From positions 31,188,001 through 31,252,000 of the forward strand of contig OZ249436.1 of assembly GCA_965235115.1 (NCBI GenBank): DNA of 64,000 nt, read 5' to 3'. Below are positions 63,688 through 64,000 of the stretch, piece by piece. Each line of letters begins with the position of its first letter. Within the stretch, counting starts at the first letter, position 1. Made by a program: the position numbers and the translations under genes. This DNA comes from Laetmonice hystrix. Lineage: Eukaryota. The notes under the pieces are model-generated. The model did no database searches. It was not told the origin of the DNA and saw only the letters and a program-made list of their open reading frames with translations.

Positions 63688-64000
63688 GTATGCGACCAGC
63701 GAACTTTGTTTAAAGGTGAAACGGCGGAATAAGATGAGTATCGACTGCTAACAAAAAGTAATCTCTTGAAGTAAGCATTTGTTTCATAGTGATTGTTTTA
63801 AATATGTGAAGATAAAAGTCATGACCTTTCTCAAAAGGGGGAAGGTGTGTTGAAAGCTTGATTTACTTGCAAGGGATGCAAGAGCTTTACCTGCTTCCTA
63901 AGTGTGACCCTAAAAATAGTCACTGATTGGAAAATGCCACCTGCACTCGTTGGTTTAAAGGAAACGTTCATTGTTTGGTTACAAAGACAAAGGCGAGCAG

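Overview
Eukaryotic (very likely invertebrate animal) non-coding DNA with no intact host gene that I can recognise. The window is a dense transposon graveyard. It holds short non-autonomous DNA transposons with readable TIRs/TSDs (Ginger-like, Tc1/pogo-like, Kolobok-like, PIF/Harbinger-like, CMC-like, Helentron-like, and a recurring CAG...CTG family with 5-6 bp TSDs). It also holds decayed coding remnants (Harbinger MADF exon, Tc1 transposase N-terminus, several LINE endonuclease/RT fragments) and a tRNA-derived SINE-like pair. There are seven large, highly homogeneous minisatellite arrays (units 63, 24, 61, 66, 33, 27 and 39 bp), some with higher-order structure and some arising at or inside transposon ends. 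Nearly all long ORFs in the supplied track are artefacts of these arrays. I cannot establish a new biological system from sequence alone. The best leads are a young Ginger-like element carrying a 24-bp array, satellite birth at a transposon terminus, and two speculative Maverick/Polinton-like protein fragments. TE superfamily labels and protein-fragment calls are by-eye pattern matches, not database results.
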